Shown here piece by piece: positions 27,255 to 38,268 of a stretch of 64,000 nucleotides of DNA. Below the pieces are notes generated by a model. It did no database searches, was not told the origin of the DNA, and was given only the letters and a program-made list of their open reading frames with translations. The stretch is from Clostridia bacterium (GTDB taxonomy: Bacteria > Bacillota > Peptococcia > DRI-13 > DTU073). The DNA is taken from assembly GCA_028684195.1 (NCBI GenBank), contig JAQUGH010000001.1, positions 19,771-83,770 on the forward strand, given 5' to 3'. Every line of letters starts with the position of its first letter. Within the stretch, counting starts at the first letter, position 1. The translations under genes were made by a program, and so were the position numbers.

Positions 27255-28895
27255 TTACACCGACATAATGTAAGCAGCATATCCACCACTTAATACATAT
27301 ACATTATATCCTTTTTGTATAAGAACCCTATACGCAAAATAAGCACGTTTCCCAGCACTACTGTATAGCACAATTTTTTTATCTTTATCTAATTCCTGAT
27401 AACGAGTTCTTAACTCATCCTCGGGAATCAGGACTGAGCCTTCAATGGCTCCTGCTTCATTTTCTCCACGTGTACGACAATCCACAACTTGGATATCTTC
27501 ATTTACTCTAATTTCTTTTAAATGAGCTGGGGTAATATGTCTTGCCTCACCCCTAATAATATTAGCTGCAACCATACCCGTAACATTAATAGGATCTTTG
27601 GGTGATGCAAAAGGAGGTGCATAGGCAAGGTCTAAATTTTCAAGATCAAAAACAGTAAGATGTGCAAATATTGCTGTTGCCATTACATCAATTCTCTTAT
27701 CCACACCTTTCCAACTCCACCCAACAATCTGTGCTCCTAAAATCCTTCCCGTATGTTTTTCGGCAATAATTTTAATTATCATTTTTTTAGCGCCAGGATA
27801 ATAAGTAGAATGATTAAATGTTGGTATATACGCTACATAATAATTCATGTTAGAATTTTTTGCCTCTTTTTCTCCAATACCAGTACGAGCTACCGCAAAA
27901 TTTCCCACTTTAAGAATAGATGTACCTAACACACCCTTAAAAAGGAGTTTCCCTCCTGCTGCATTAGCTCCTGCTACCCTTCCCTGCTTACTTGCACTCC
28001 CAGCCAAAGGAATCCTTACAACATCACCAGAAACAAGATGAACAGATTCTACAATATCACCAGCAGCGTAAATATCAGGCTCACTTGTTTGCATTGTTGC
28101 GTCTACCACTACCCCACCTACTGTACCTACCTTTAATCCTGCTTTATGAGCCAATTCTAATTGTGGTCTTACTCCTGCAGACATAATCACCATTTCTGCC
28201 TTTATTGGTGTTCCATCATCCAAGATTACTCCCTCAACTTTTTTCTTGCCCTGAATCGAAATTAAACTCCTACCTAACGCAATTTGTGCCCCTCTTTCTT
28301 TCAGATGTGCTTCCAAAGGAAGAGAAAACTCAGGATCAAAGCTTGTAATTAATTGAGGATTTCTGTCAACAACTGTAGTCTTAATACCTTTTTTTATTAA
28401 TGCTTCAGCTGTTTCCAAGCCAATGAAACCGCCACCTAAAATGACCGCTGATGAAATACCTCCATTTAAGTTCTCTGCAATTGCTTCCACATCATTTACT
28501 GTAAAAACGGTATGAACTCCCTCTAAATCTATCCCTTCAATAGGAAGTTTTACCGGTTTGCCACCTGTTGCAAGAATTAATTTATCATAAGTTTCTTTAA
28601 CAACCCCACTCGGAGATTTCACAGTTACTACTTTAGCCTTATTATCAATATCTATTACTTCATTATTAATTCGCACATCAATATTATAGCGTTTACGAAA
28701 AAGCTCTGGAGCTATTATAAGTAAACTACTTTTTTCAAGAATATCTCCGCCTACATAATACGGTAATCCACAGTTAGCAAATGATACATAATTCCCCTTT
28801 TCAAAAATAATAATTTCTGCATCTTCATTAACTCTACGAGCCTTTGTCGCAGCTGATGCACCCGCTGCTACTCCTCCAACAACAACGATTTTCAA
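27255..28895 (-). CDS. CoA-disulfide reductase / NADH oxidase family flavoprotein with C-terminal rhodanese domain
   Basis: 546 aa. The FAD motif is VVVGGVAAGASAA and the redox Cys sits in SFANCGLPYY. A second dinucleotide fold is ILGGGFIGLE. The C-terminal rhodanese-like segment reads QVVDCRTRGENEAGAIEGSVLIP. Confidence 0.85.
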   Translation of the reverse strand: MKIVVVGGVAAGASAATKARRVNEDAEIIIFEKGNYVSFANCGLPYYVGGDILEKSSLLIIAPELFRKRYNIDVRINNEVIDIDNKAKVVTVKSPSGVVKETYDKLILATGGKPVKLPIEGIDLEGVHTVFTVNDVEAIAENLNGGISSAVILGGGFIGLETAEALIKKGIKTTVVDRNPQLITSFDPEFSLPLEAHLKERGAQIALGRSLISIQGKKKVEGVILDDGTPIKAEMVIMSAGVRPQLELAHKAGLKVGTVGGVVVDATMQTSEPDIYAAGDIVESVHLVSGDVVRIPLAGSASKQGRVAGANAAGGKLLFKGVLGTSILKVGNFAVARTGIGEKEAKNSNMNYYVAYIPTFNHSTYYPGAKKMIIKIIAEKHTGRILGAQIVGWSWKGVDKRIDVMATAIFAHLTVFDLENLDLAYAPPFASPKDPINVTGMVAANIIRGEARHITPAHLKEIRVNEDIQVVDCRTRGENEAGAIEGSVLIPEDELRTRYQELDKDKKIVLYSSAGKRAYFAYRVLIQKGYNVYVLSGGYAAYIMSV

Positions 28896-29104
28896 ATCAC
28901 TACATCCTTTCTCAATTTGTTGATTTTGTTAATAATTATTCGTTTATTTTAGAAATTTTTTGCCAATAAAAAACATTCGCAAGCTGCTTTTATCGACCTG
29001 TCTATTTTTATTCTACTTATTTTAAATGTTTCCTTCTTTGTGAATTTATTATCTTAATAAAAATACATTTAATGTATTTTGGAAATTTCATATTTCTATT
29101 TTCT

Positions 29105-29129
29105 AAAAAAAAGAACTCTTTCGAGTTCC
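29105..29129 (-). terminator. Intrinsic terminator after obg
   Basis: On the minus strand, GGAACUC-GAAA-GAGUUC is followed by UUUUUUUU, immediately after the stop codon. Confidence 0.8.
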
Positions 29130-29130
29130 A

Positions 29131-30468
<1,338 letters not shown>

Positions 30469-31005
30469 CTATTTTTTTATTATAAATTTTATTTCATCAT
30501 TTGTATAGCTTTCTATACATACCACAAAAATTTTTGAATCTAACTTGAAATCTTTTAAGCCTTTAATTATTTTCTCTGACCCCTTGCAAAGCAATATTAT
30601 ATTTGGAGTATTATTATCAAATTTAAGTACAGAAAACATTTCACTGCTTATTAAACCTTTACGTACAAAGTATAATAACTGCATTAATACTTTTGTTAAC
30701 TCTTCATCTTCTTCTTCCCAAATATCCCAATTCTCATCTATATGGACTTCAAAACTATTTTGTTCAAAACCAAGAGAAGATATATACCAAATCAAAAAAC
30801 TATGTAAATATGGTAACCTGATTCTTTCCATAGCGCTAACGCGTTGGAAACCTTCCACTGCTTTAACCGAATGTTCTTCAGCTTTTTTGACGTTCCCCAT
30901 TTGCAAATACCCATATATAATCTGAATGTGGTTCGTAAAATCATGTCTCATCACTTTTTGACAATCCAACATTTTTTTTATCAAATCATCTTGCATGTTA
31001 TTCAC
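30469..31005 (-). CDS. Spo0B-type phosphotransfer-domain protein (SPOB_a-like helical hairpin)
   Basis: 178 aa. MRHDFTNHIQIIYGYLQMG matches the His-containing helix of Spo0B/SpoOB-type sensor domains. It occupies the spo0B slot between rpmA and obg. Confidence 0.6.
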   Translation of the reverse strand: MNNMQDDLIKKMLDCQKVMRHDFTNHIQIIYGYLQMGNVKKAEEHSVKAVEGFQRVSAMERIRLPYLHSFLIWYISSLGFEQNSFEVHIDENWDIWEEEDEELTKVLMQLLYFVRKGLISSEMFSVLKFDNNTPNIILLCKGSEKIIKGLKDFKLDSKIFVVCIESYTNDEIKFIIKK

Positions 31006-31154
31006 ATCCCTAATACAACAACATTATGTACATAAAATTACTCTTTGTAAAATAATGATTCTTGGTAAAAAATAGTTGCGTATATGTCTAATATGTACAA
31101 TGATTTCTACTTGTATATTCAAATATCCTTCTACAAAATAAAAGTTAGTTGGAT

Positions 31155-31184
31155 AAAAGAAAAACCCCGGAAAATTGCCGGGGT
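31155..31184 (-). terminator. Intrinsic terminator after rpmA
   Basis: On the minus strand, ACCCCGG-CAAUUUU-CCGGGGU is followed by UUUUCUUUU. Confidence 0.8.
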
Positions 31185-31191
31185 CTAATTA

Positions 31192-31482
31192 CTACATAGC
31201 TATCTGAGAATAAACACTAACTTTCTTCTTATCCTTACCTTTTCGTTCATATTTCACATATCCATCAATAAGGGCAAATAATGTATCATCTTTACCTAAG
31301 CCAACATTATTACCAGGATGAATTTTCGTGCCCCTTTGTCTCACTAATATACTACCAGCATTAACCATTTGACCACCAAACCGCTTTACTCCAAGACGCT
31401 GAGCCGCACTATCCCTACCATTACGAGAACTACCTACACCCTTTTTATGTGCAAATAATTGTAAATTTATCTTGAGCAGCAT
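31192..31482 (-). CDS. rpmA: 50S ribosomal protein L27 with cleavable N-terminal extension
   Basis: The sequence begins [25 protein letters not shown]. The LQLFA/HKKG pro-sequence is typical of Prp-processed Firmicute L27. The start is at 31482, 9 nt after GGAGG. The track ORF starts 9 nt upstream at a GTG. Confidence 0.95.
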   Translation of the reverse strand: MLLKINLQLFAHKKGVGSSRNGRDSAAQRLGVKRFGGQMVNAGSILVRQRGTKIHPGNNVGLGKDDTLFALIDGYVKYERKGKDKKKVSVYSQIAM

Positions 31483-31817
31483 TAAACACACCTCCTCCTG
31501 CCAACTTTTAGATACTGTTCATAACTCTCTTCTATATTTTTAAGTCCTATTTCCATAGTACCTATGATTACCTGAGCATTCTGCATATCTTTAGGTGACA
31601 CAATATCAGGCAACCAACACTCCAAATAGCCATCTTCATTTATCTTCCATAAAGGCTTAACTGTCATAAAAGCATCCAATCCAAGAATCGCAGTTTGAGA
31701 CAACGCAGAAACGCTAGCACAAACCAAATCCTCACCTTTAGGTGCAAATTTCGCATGACCCTTTACTACAAATCCTCTAACATTATCATCGTCATAGAAT
31801 AGCTCTACATTTATCAT
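31482..31817 (-). CDS. prp: Ribosomal-processing cysteine protease Prp (YsxB/DUF464)
   Basis: 111 aa with the GHA...VCASVSAL catalytic His/Cys pattern, located between rplU and rpmA. Confidence 0.9.
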   Translation of the reverse strand: MINVELFYDDDNVRGFVVKGHAKFAPKGEDLVCASVSALSQTAILGLDAFMTVKPLWKINEDGYLECWLPDIVSPKDMQNAQVIIGTMEIGLKNIEESYEQYLKVGRRRCV

Positions 31818-31823
31818 TCCAAA

Positions 31824-32141
31824 TTATCCGTTAACAGCTATTGTTTCTACTGATACCTTTGTGAAGGGTTGACGATGACCACGCATTTTACGATACTTTT
31901 TTTTAGGCTTATACTTAAAAATCAAAACCTTTTTATCTTTACCATGCTCTAAAACCTTCAATACAACTTTAGCACCTTCAAGAAAAGGTTTCCCAATAGA
32001 AACTTTTTCTTCATCCACGATAGCTAAAACTTCAGTAACTTCTGCCGTTTCGCCTTCCTGAATATTCAACTTCTCAATGTTGAGAATATCCCCTTCTTGA
32101 ACCTTGTATTGTTTTCCGCCTGTTTCAATCACTGCATACAT
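31824..32141 (-). CDS. rplU: 50S ribosomal protein L21
   Basis: 105 aa. [18 protein letters not shown] is the canonical L21 N-terminus. Confidence 0.97.
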   Translation of the reverse strand: MYAVIETGGKQYKVQEGDILNIEKLNIQEGETAEVTEVLAIVDEEKVSIGKPFLEGAKVVLKVLEHGKDKKVLIFKYKPKKKYRKMRGHRQPFTKVSVETIAVNG

Positions 32142-32240
32142 TTTTCTACACCTCCCTGACCTATTCTCGCCATCCCAAGGCAGCTATCAGCTTTTATTTA
32201 GCCCGAGTTGAGCGGTTTGGCAGGCACACAACGCCTACAA
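32142..32240 (-). ncRNA. Structured 5' leader of rplU (candidate L21 ribosomal-protein leader)
   Basis: A ~100-nt untranslated leader lies between the predicted promoter and rplU, with several GC-rich hairpins (for example GGCGUUGUGUGCC and AGCUGAUAGCU). Firmicutes carry a known L21 leader at this position. No covariance-model check was possible. Confidence 0.45.
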
Positions 32241-32246
32241 TAAAGG

Positions 32247-32275
32247 AGATTACCACACAATCCGTATGTTGTCAA
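32247..32275 (-). promoter_or_regulatory. Sigma-A type promoter of the rplU-prp-rpmA operon
   Basis: On the minus strand: TTGACA (32275-32270), a 17-nt spacer, then TAATCT (32252-32247). Confidence 0.55.
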
Positions 32276-32280
32276 GAAGG

Positions 32281-33143
32281 AAAATCACGGGGACAGAAAA
32301 TCACGGGGACAGGTACCTTGATTTACGCTTTTAACGCTAAACTATAATTAACACCTGTAATCCTTGCTATTTGCCTTATTGATACGCCCTTAATACCTTT
32401 TATCTTCTTTACTATTTCGTCTCTTTTCTCTTTTTCAAAGCCTTGTATCTCACTGACTCTTTTTACTCCCGTAATACTTTTAATCAGCTTTCTTGCTTCA
32501 GTATCATTAATTTTTTTGCTTACTTCGTATTCTAAGCATTTATCTTCATTTTTTTCGTTGCTAAAAACAATAAATCTTGGGATAGCAACCATTTTATCTT
32601 CCGAAAAAATTTCTAGTGCTAAGTCAACATCAACTATTTTACCTGCATTTAAATATTCGTTATAGCTACTCCATTTGTATTCTTCAAGCTTTTTTATCAT
32701 ATTTGCTTTTCTCGGATTTTGATGTATATACCTTAATACTGTTAAAAAATAGCTATCATCTTCAACTGTTTCACTTTTAAATCTCTCTTGAAAAAGATGT
32801 CCATATCTACAATACTTCCTATTATAGTAATACACATAGCTTGAACTTATCCTTTTTATAATTTGCGAAATATCTTCTTGTACTTCTTTCATTAATAGGT
32901 GGACATGGTTACTCATTAAGCAATATGCATAAATTTTACATCCACTTTTTTCTTTATATATCGCAAGTGTTTTAATGAACTTTTGTCGATCTTGATCATC
33001 TTCAAATAAGTCTTGTTGATTGATTCCTCTAAACATTACATGGTATATTCCGCTCTCGCTTTTTTCTCTTGCTGTTCTAGCCATTTTCTCACCCCAAAAG
33101 CATTATACCATATTTTCATTAAGAATCAAGGTACCTGTCCCCG
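32281..33143 (-). mobile_element. HUH-transposase (IS200/RAYT-like) element bounded by 17-bp perfect inverted repeats
   Basis: CGGGGACAGGTACCTTG (32304-32320) and its exact reverse complement CAAGGTACCTGTCCCCG (33127-33143) flank the transposase gene. The left end also carries a tandem 16-mer, AAAATCACGGGGACAG x2 (32281-32312). Confidence 0.7.
32323..33084 (-). CDS. IS200/IS605-family Y1 (HUH) transposase, REP-associated tyrosine transposase-like, with C-terminal HTH
   Basis: 253 aa. It has the GIYHVMFRG start, the HUH motif SNHVHLL and the catalytic Tyr region LRYIHQNP. The C-terminal segment GVSIRQIARITGVNYSLALKA is HTH-like. Confidence 0.85.
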   Translation of the reverse strand: MARTAREKSESGIYHVMFRGINQQDLFEDDQDRQKFIKTLAIYKEKSGCKIYAYCLMSNHVHLLMKEVQEDISQIIKRISSSYVYYYNRKYCRYGHLFQERFKSETVEDDSYFLTVLRYIHQNPRKANMIKKLEEYKWSSYNEYLNAGKIVDVDLALEIFSEDKMVAIPRFIVFSNEKNEDKCLEYEVSKKINDTEARKLIKSITGVKRVSEIQGFEKEKRDEIVKKIKGIKGVSIRQIARITGVNYSLALKA

Positions 33144-34653
33144 TTTTTTCGTTTTTTCCCTCGTTTTTGGGTTTAATATCGTACTCCCAAATATGATTCT
33201 TTTCTTTTTCTATTATAGTTATTTTTTTGCCTATTTTTGTTTCCAATTTGCTTTGTTCACTACCCCCTACCCCAATAATTAATGCAACTACCTGGGGACT
33301 TGCTTCTATCACAATGGTATCAGCCGCGGTACGAGCAGCTACCTTCTCTAACTGCTTTTTTAGACTAATATAAACAGTTTGTTCCGATACTACCCTGCCT
33401 TTACCTTCACAATAAGGACAAATTCTTTCTAACGTATTAGAAAGAGACTGTCTCACTTTTTTTCTAGTCATCTCTACTAAGCCGAGAGAAGTAATACCTA
33501 AAATATTAGCCTTGATTTTATCCTTTCTTAACTCTTCCTCTAAAACAGCTAACACCTTATCCCTATGTTCTCCCTCCATCATATCAATAAAATCTATAAT
33601 AATAATTCCGCCTATATTTCTTAATCTCAACTGCCTAGCAATTTCCTTAGCAGCTTCACAATTAGTAAACACAACTGTTTCCTCTAAATTGTTTTTGCCC
33701 ACAAATTTGCCTGTATTTACATCAATGGCAGTCAAGGCTTCTGTTTCGTCTATTATTACATAGCCCCCGCTTTTGAGCCAAACTTTTCTTTTTAAGGCCT
33801 TAGCCAACTCCTGATCTACAGAATGTTTTTCAAAAAGATTTGTATTGTCATTTAAAAAAACTTTGCTCTTTAAATCGCTATTGGTCACATCTAAATAATC
33901 TATTACTTTTTCCATAGTGTTACGAGAATTAACACTTAATTTTTTAACATCCTCGCTAAATAAATCTCTTAATATCCTTTGAACAAGCTCGACGTCCTTA
34001 TATACAAGAACTGAACCTGAAGTATTCTTCACACGTTGCATTATTCTAATCCACATTTTTTGGAGATTCTCTATATCTTCTTTAATATCATTTTCCAGTA
34101 CATTTTCCGCAACTGTTCGCACAATTATTCCCATCTCTTTGGGTTTCAATTGTTCTGCTATTTCTTTCAAGCGTTCCCTTTCTATATCACCCTGTATACG
34201 CCTAGAAATTCCGATATAATCAACATTAGGCATAAGCACAACATATCTTCCGGGTAAAGTAATTTTCGTAGTGACACGAGCCCCTTTTGTTCCAACCGGC
34301 TCTTTTGCTATTTGCACTAAAATTTCTTGTCCTTCTTTCACAATGTCACTAATATTCAGCTGATCATTCTCTTGATTGTTTAAAAATGAATTTCCTCTTT
34401 GACATAATACATTAACAAGTGCATCCCCAGCATATAAAAAAGCGTTCTTTTCCAGTCCAATATCTACAAAAGCTGCCTGCATTCCAGGAAGAACGTTTCT
34501 TATAACACCTTTATATATATTACCTACTAGCCTTTCGTTCAAATCACGTTCTACATAAATTTCTACTAAATTTCCATCTTCTAAAACAGCAACTTTTGTT
34601 TCATCGTCAGCTTCTTGTACCAATATTTCCTTATTCATAATGTCACTCCTCAC
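33103..34653 (-). CDS. rng: Ribonuclease G/E family endoribonuclease
   Basis: 516 aa. The S1 domain includes GNIYKGVIRNVLPGMQAAFVDIG. The catalytic region includes GGIIIIDFIDM and a zinc-link-like CPYCEGKG. The last ~14 codons are encoded by the right end of the transposase element. Confidence 0.9.
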   Translation of the reverse strand: MRSDIMNKEILVQEADDETKVAVLEDGNLVEIYVERDLNERLVGNIYKGVIRNVLPGMQAAFVDIGLEKNAFLYAGDALVNVLCQRGNSFLNNQENDQLNISDIVKEGQEILVQIAKEPVGTKGARVTTKITLPGRYVVLMPNVDYIGISRRIQGDIERERLKEIAEQLKPKEMGIIVRTVAENVLENDIKEDIENLQKMWIRIMQRVKNTSGSVLVYKDVELVQRILRDLFSEDVKKLSVNSRNTMEKVIDYLDVTNSDLKSKVFLNDNTNLFEKHSVDQELAKALKRKVWLKSGGYVIIDETEALTAIDVNTGKFVGKNNLEETVVFTNCEAAKEIARQLRLRNIGGIIIIDFIDMMEGEHRDKVLAVLEEELRKDKIKANILGITSLGLVEMTRKKVRQSLSNTLERICPYCEGKGRVVSEQTVYISLKKQLEKVAARTAADTIVIEASPQVVALIIGVGGSEQSKLETKIGKKITIIEKEKNHIWEYDIKPKNEGKNEKTGTGTLILNENMV

Positions 34654-34721
34654 ACATACCTATCCCGAAAACATGATACATATTTCAGTTCCTTTATAGT
34701 ATCTCCCAAATAACACTATCC

Positions 34722-35420
34722 TTAAGATATTTCCAAAGGATTTTTGATTTCATTATTATTAAGTATATACAAACCTAACCTATGTATATTTAAATTATCC
34801 CCTAAAATAGCTGGGCTTAATTCCCTTTGCATTTTTACCACTTCTGTTGGCTTCACATTTCCTTGACTTCCTGCCTGAACATCCATTTCCAAATATAATT
34901 TATCATCTTTAACCGTACCTTCTAAACGAAAAAGACCCGGTCTAATATCAACTTGACGTTCCCCTCTTTTGCTTCTACGAAAAACACAATAAGATGTCTG
35001 AGAAATTACCCGGGAAATGATAAAATCCACTTCTTTTTGGGAAACTAACTCTACCAGAGATATAGCCACTCTATACCGAGCCATATTTATCAATGCCATC
35101 AAACTATCTTTTCTCTTTGTGATAGCAATACTCTCTAATATCTTTATTCCCGACGGAAGTGCCATATTTAAACGTTTCTGCACTTCTTGTATCGGAATAT
35201 TTTCCCTAAGTTGCACATCAAGATATTCTCCTTCACTTGTAACCCCTACAGCGAGAGCAGACGCAAATGATACACGAGGATGAGGATTAAATCCCTCTGA
35301 AAAAGCCAATGGCAAATTAGCACGACGAAATGCTCTTTCCATTAACCTCATTAGATCTAAATGCGACAGAAAACATCCTTCTTCCTCCAAACTATATTTT
35401 AAACATAACCGCATATCCAT
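34722..35420 (-). CDS. Radical-SAM-linked protein, TIGR03936/DUF2344 family
   Basis: 232 aa. The sequence FLSHLDLMRLMERAFRRANLPLAFSEGFNPHPR is characteristic. It overlaps by 1 nt, and is co-oriented with, the TIGR03960-type radical SAM gene. Confidence 0.8.
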   Translation of the reverse strand: MDMRLCLKYSLEEEGCFLSHLDLMRLMERAFRRANLPLAFSEGFNPHPRVSFASALAVGVTSEGEYLDVQLRENIPIQEVQKRLNMALPSGIKILESIAITKRKDSLMALINMARYRVAISLVELVSQKEVDFIISRVISQTSYCVFRRSKRGERQVDIRPGLFRLEGTVKDDKLYLEMDVQAGSQGNVKPTEVVKMQRELSPAILGDNLNIHRLGLYILNNNEIKNPLEIS

Positions 35421-37297
35421 TACTCACCTTTCCTTAAAACCAACGAAACATCTAAATCCTGACAAACGCCACAACTTGAACAAGAATCGAACCTACAATC
35501 ACCAGTAGTTACTCCGCTATAGGCTTTATTCCTTTCACTCCATAGGAATCCTTTTTTTACTCCAGCATCAATATGATCCCAGGGAAGAGCATCTTCATAG
35601 TTTAAGGGAACATTAGCAATGTCCTCAGGTACAATGCCTACAGCTTCAAAAGCCTCTCGCCAAATATTATAGTGAAAATACTCCGACCAACTGTCAAAAC
35701 GACAGCCACGCTTCCATGCCTCCAATAGTACTTGACCTAAGCTACGACCTCCCTTGGCAAAAACAGCCTCCAAAAAACTCAAATTGGACTCATGATACTT
35801 AAAAGAGATTCTTCTATCTTTTATTTTATTCCGCAAATATAACTGTTTATCCCTTAAAACTTCCATCGTATCTTGCGCCTCCCACTGAAATGGCGTATGT
35901 GGTTTAGGAACAAAAGAAGAAACACTTACCGTCAGAGTTGGTCTTCTGTTACTACCCTTTTCCTTTAAAATTTTTGTACCCCTACTTAATACTTTATGGG
36001 CAAGTTCTACAATACCATCCAAATCCTCATAAGTTTCTGTAGGAAGCCCCAGCATAAAATACAATTTGATCTGTATCCAACCTTCTCCAAAAACTGCTTC
36101 TGCAACCTCCATCAAATTTTCTTCTGTTACGTTCTTGTTAATCACATCCCGTAATCGCTGAGTTCCAGCCTCAGGGGCAAAAGTAAGCCCTGTTTTTCTA
36201 ACCTTCTGTACTTCTTTCGCTAAATCAACTGAGAAAGAATCTACACGTAAAGAAGGTAATGACACACCAATATTTTTCTTTTCAAAGCTACCCAATATCT
36301 CCTTTACCAAAGATTCCACACAAGTATAATCACCCGTACTTAGTGAAGTTAATGATATTTCATTATGTCCAGTATTTTCACTTAGCTTTTCACCCTGTTC
36401 TAATAATACTTTGGGACTTCGTTCCCTAACCGGTCTATAAATCATCCCTGCCTGACAAAAGCGGCACCCTCTTGTACACCCTCTTAGAACTTCCACCATC
36501 ATTCTATCATGAACAATTTCTATGTAAGGAACAATAGGCTTCAGAGGAAAATAAGCCTTGTCAATATCCTGAACTACTCTTTTTACTATCTTCGAAGGTA
36601 TACTAGGCATTTTCGCTTTTATTCCTTTGTATTTACCCTTTTCATCATATAACGCTTCATAACATGACGGTACATATACTCCCTTAATTTGTGCTAGCTC
36701 TTTCAGCAACTCCTTCTTCTCTTGTCTACCTTGCCTTTGCTCCCGATGTTTTACCATAACATCGAATATTTCCAAAGTAACTTCTTCTCCTTCTCCGATG
36801 ACAAAAAAATCTATAAAATCCACTAGTGGTTCAGGATTACACGTACAAGGTCCTCCTGCCATAATAAGAGGATACTCATCCCCCCTCTCCGACGCTTTTA
36901 GAGGAATCCCTCCCAAATCTAAAATATTAAGGATATTGGTATAACTCATCTCATACTGCAAAGTAAAACCAATACAATCGAAATCTGCTATTGGTCTTAG
37001 AGACTCTAAACTAAAGAGTGGTATCCCCCTACTTCTTAGTTCTTCTTCCATATCTGTCCACGGAGAAAATACTCGTTCCATCAAATAATCAGGTTCCTCA
37101 TTAACAACCCCATAAATTATTTTTAGACCTAAATGTGACATCCCTATTTCATATACATCAGGGAACGCAAAAAGGGTACGCAGCTTAACCTTGTCCCAAT
37201 CTTTTTTTACCGCATTATACTCATTTCCCAAATAACGAAGGGGCTTTGTAACCTTTAATAAAATATCTTCTTCCAACACTTGCTTTAATTGCTTCAA
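35420..37297 (-). CDS. B12-binding-domain radical SAM protein, TIGR03960 family
   Basis: 625 aa. The radical SAM motif is CTRGCRFCQAG, preceded by a B12-binding-like N-terminal domain. It pairs with DUF2344 upstream of rng as in many Firmicutes. Confidence 0.85.
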   Translation of the reverse strand: MKQLKQVLEEDILLKVTKPLRYLGNEYNAVKKDWDKVKLRTLFAFPDVYEIGMSHLGLKIIYGVVNEEPDYLMERVFSPWTDMEEELRSRGIPLFSLESLRPIADFDCIGFTLQYEMSYTNILNILDLGGIPLKASERGDEYPLIMAGGPCTCNPEPLVDFIDFFVIGEGEEVTLEIFDVMVKHREQRQGRQEKKELLKELAQIKGVYVPSCYEALYDEKGKYKGIKAKMPSIPSKIVKRVVQDIDKAYFPLKPIVPYIEIVHDRMMVEVLRGCTRGCRFCQAGMIYRPVRERSPKVLLEQGEKLSENTGHNEISLTSLSTGDYTCVESLVKEILGSFEKKNIGVSLPSLRVDSFSVDLAKEVQKVRKTGLTFAPEAGTQRLRDVINKNVTEENLMEVAEAVFGEGWIQIKLYFMLGLPTETYEDLDGIVELAHKVLSRGTKILKEKGSNRRPTLTVSVSSFVPKPHTPFQWEAQDTMEVLRDKQLYLRNKIKDRRISFKYHESNLSFLEAVFAKGGRSLGQVLLEAWKRGCRFDSWSEYFHYNIWREAFEAVGIVPEDIANVPLNYEDALPWDHIDAGVKKGFLWSERNKAYSGVTTGDCRFDSCSSCGVCQDLDVSLVLRKGE

Positions 37298-37406
37298 TTA
37301 ATGATTCCTCCTAATTTTAAACACGACTACATCGTCTAATATACATTATTTTCATCAAACTAAGCAAGAATTCCTTTATAATATTTGATTATTTTAATTT
37401 AGATAA

Positions 37407-38132
37407 TCATATCTTATTTTCTTTTGGTATAAAATATTTTGTTGGATCTGTAGACTGTCCTTTTATTAAAATACTGAAAAATAACTGGTTGAACTCACTT
37501 TCCCCTGTTTTACCAACTTTAGCGATAACCTGTCCTGTGCTTATTTCATCGTTAAGATTAACGAGTATCTCTTTGCAATAAGCATATCTTGTAACTATTT
37601 CCTCTTCGCTGCTAATATCTATTACCCTGCCCAATTTCTCTTCATTCGCTATACGACTCACTATTCCAGCCAAAGTAGCTCTCACTGGAGTTCCCTCCCG
37701 GGCAATTATTGTTATTCCTTCGTGGAAAACACGAGACTGATCAGGTTTTACTATCCATCCATATGGTATTCCAATCTGTCCTGAAACAGGTATTATCAAG
37801 GGCTCCGAAATAGTTGGCATTTCAACAGCTTTAAATGCAGCTCTTTCTAAAGTGTCACCCCAAATACCTACACTTGTAAAGAAATTTATTACCGGTTCTA
37901 TGTCATAATCAGATGTAAACCAATTTCTAATATTATCTTGTGTCTTCACCATCGTTGGTGGTTCAAACTGGAAAATACCCCACACCATAAAAAATACAAA
38001 CAAAGATGCAATACATTGGCACAGTATTTTGCTTAGAAAACTCCTTTTTTTACGTTCTTTCCCTAATGAAATCAATTTATGTGTATTACCCCAAGAAAGA
38101 TTCTTTCCCACTGGTTTCCATAAAATTCCCAT
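37407..38132 (-). CDS. M23/LytM-domain membrane protein (possibly SpoIVFA-like, degenerate active site)
   Basis: 241 aa with one TM helix. The C-terminal LytM-like fold includes HEGITIIAREGTPVRATLAGIV and VIAKVGKTG. The HxxxD motif is not canonical. Confidence 0.6.
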   Translation of the reverse strand: MGILWKPVGKNLSWGNTHKLISLGKERKKRSFLSKILCQCIASLFVFFMVWGIFQFEPPTMVKTQDNIRNWFTSDYDIEPVINFFTSVGIWGDTLERAAFKAVEMPTISEPLIIPVSGQIGIPYGWIVKPDQSRVFHEGITIIAREGTPVRATLAGIVSRIANEEKLGRVIDISSEEEIVTRYAYCKEILVNLNDEISTGQVIAKVGKTGESEFNQLFFSILIKGQSTDPTKYFIPKENKI

Positions 38133-38268
38133 GTGCTTTTCCCCTACCTTATCCTTATTGTTTACTAAAATATATTGTCCACACGAGAAAAATATGACAA
38201 GACAACGAACTTATATTGACTTACTAACACATTTTCAGCTAAAATTAGTTGAATTGGAGGTGCTACTC

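Noticed and set aside
29061-29079. AT-rich palindrome AAATACATTTAATGTATTT upstream of the CoA-disulfide reductase-like gene
   Set aside because: Short AT-only palindromes are expected by chance in this composition. It does not match the Rex, Fur or PerR consensus sequences I know.
38029-38268. 80-codon N-terminal extension of the metH ORF
   Set aside because: The extension overlaps the 5' end of the divergent M23 gene and contains the likely metH promoter (TTGACT, 18 nt, TAAAAT). The conserved Hcy-methyltransferase N-terminus begins right after the GTG at 38269, which has a GGAGGTG RBS.
38133-38268. Search for a cobalamin, SAM or T-box leader upstream of metH
   Set aside because: The region is only ~135 bp. 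It contains a promoter and an RBS but no B12-box, S-box core or T-box (no AGGGUGGNACCGCG-like sequence), so metH appears to lack a riboswitch.
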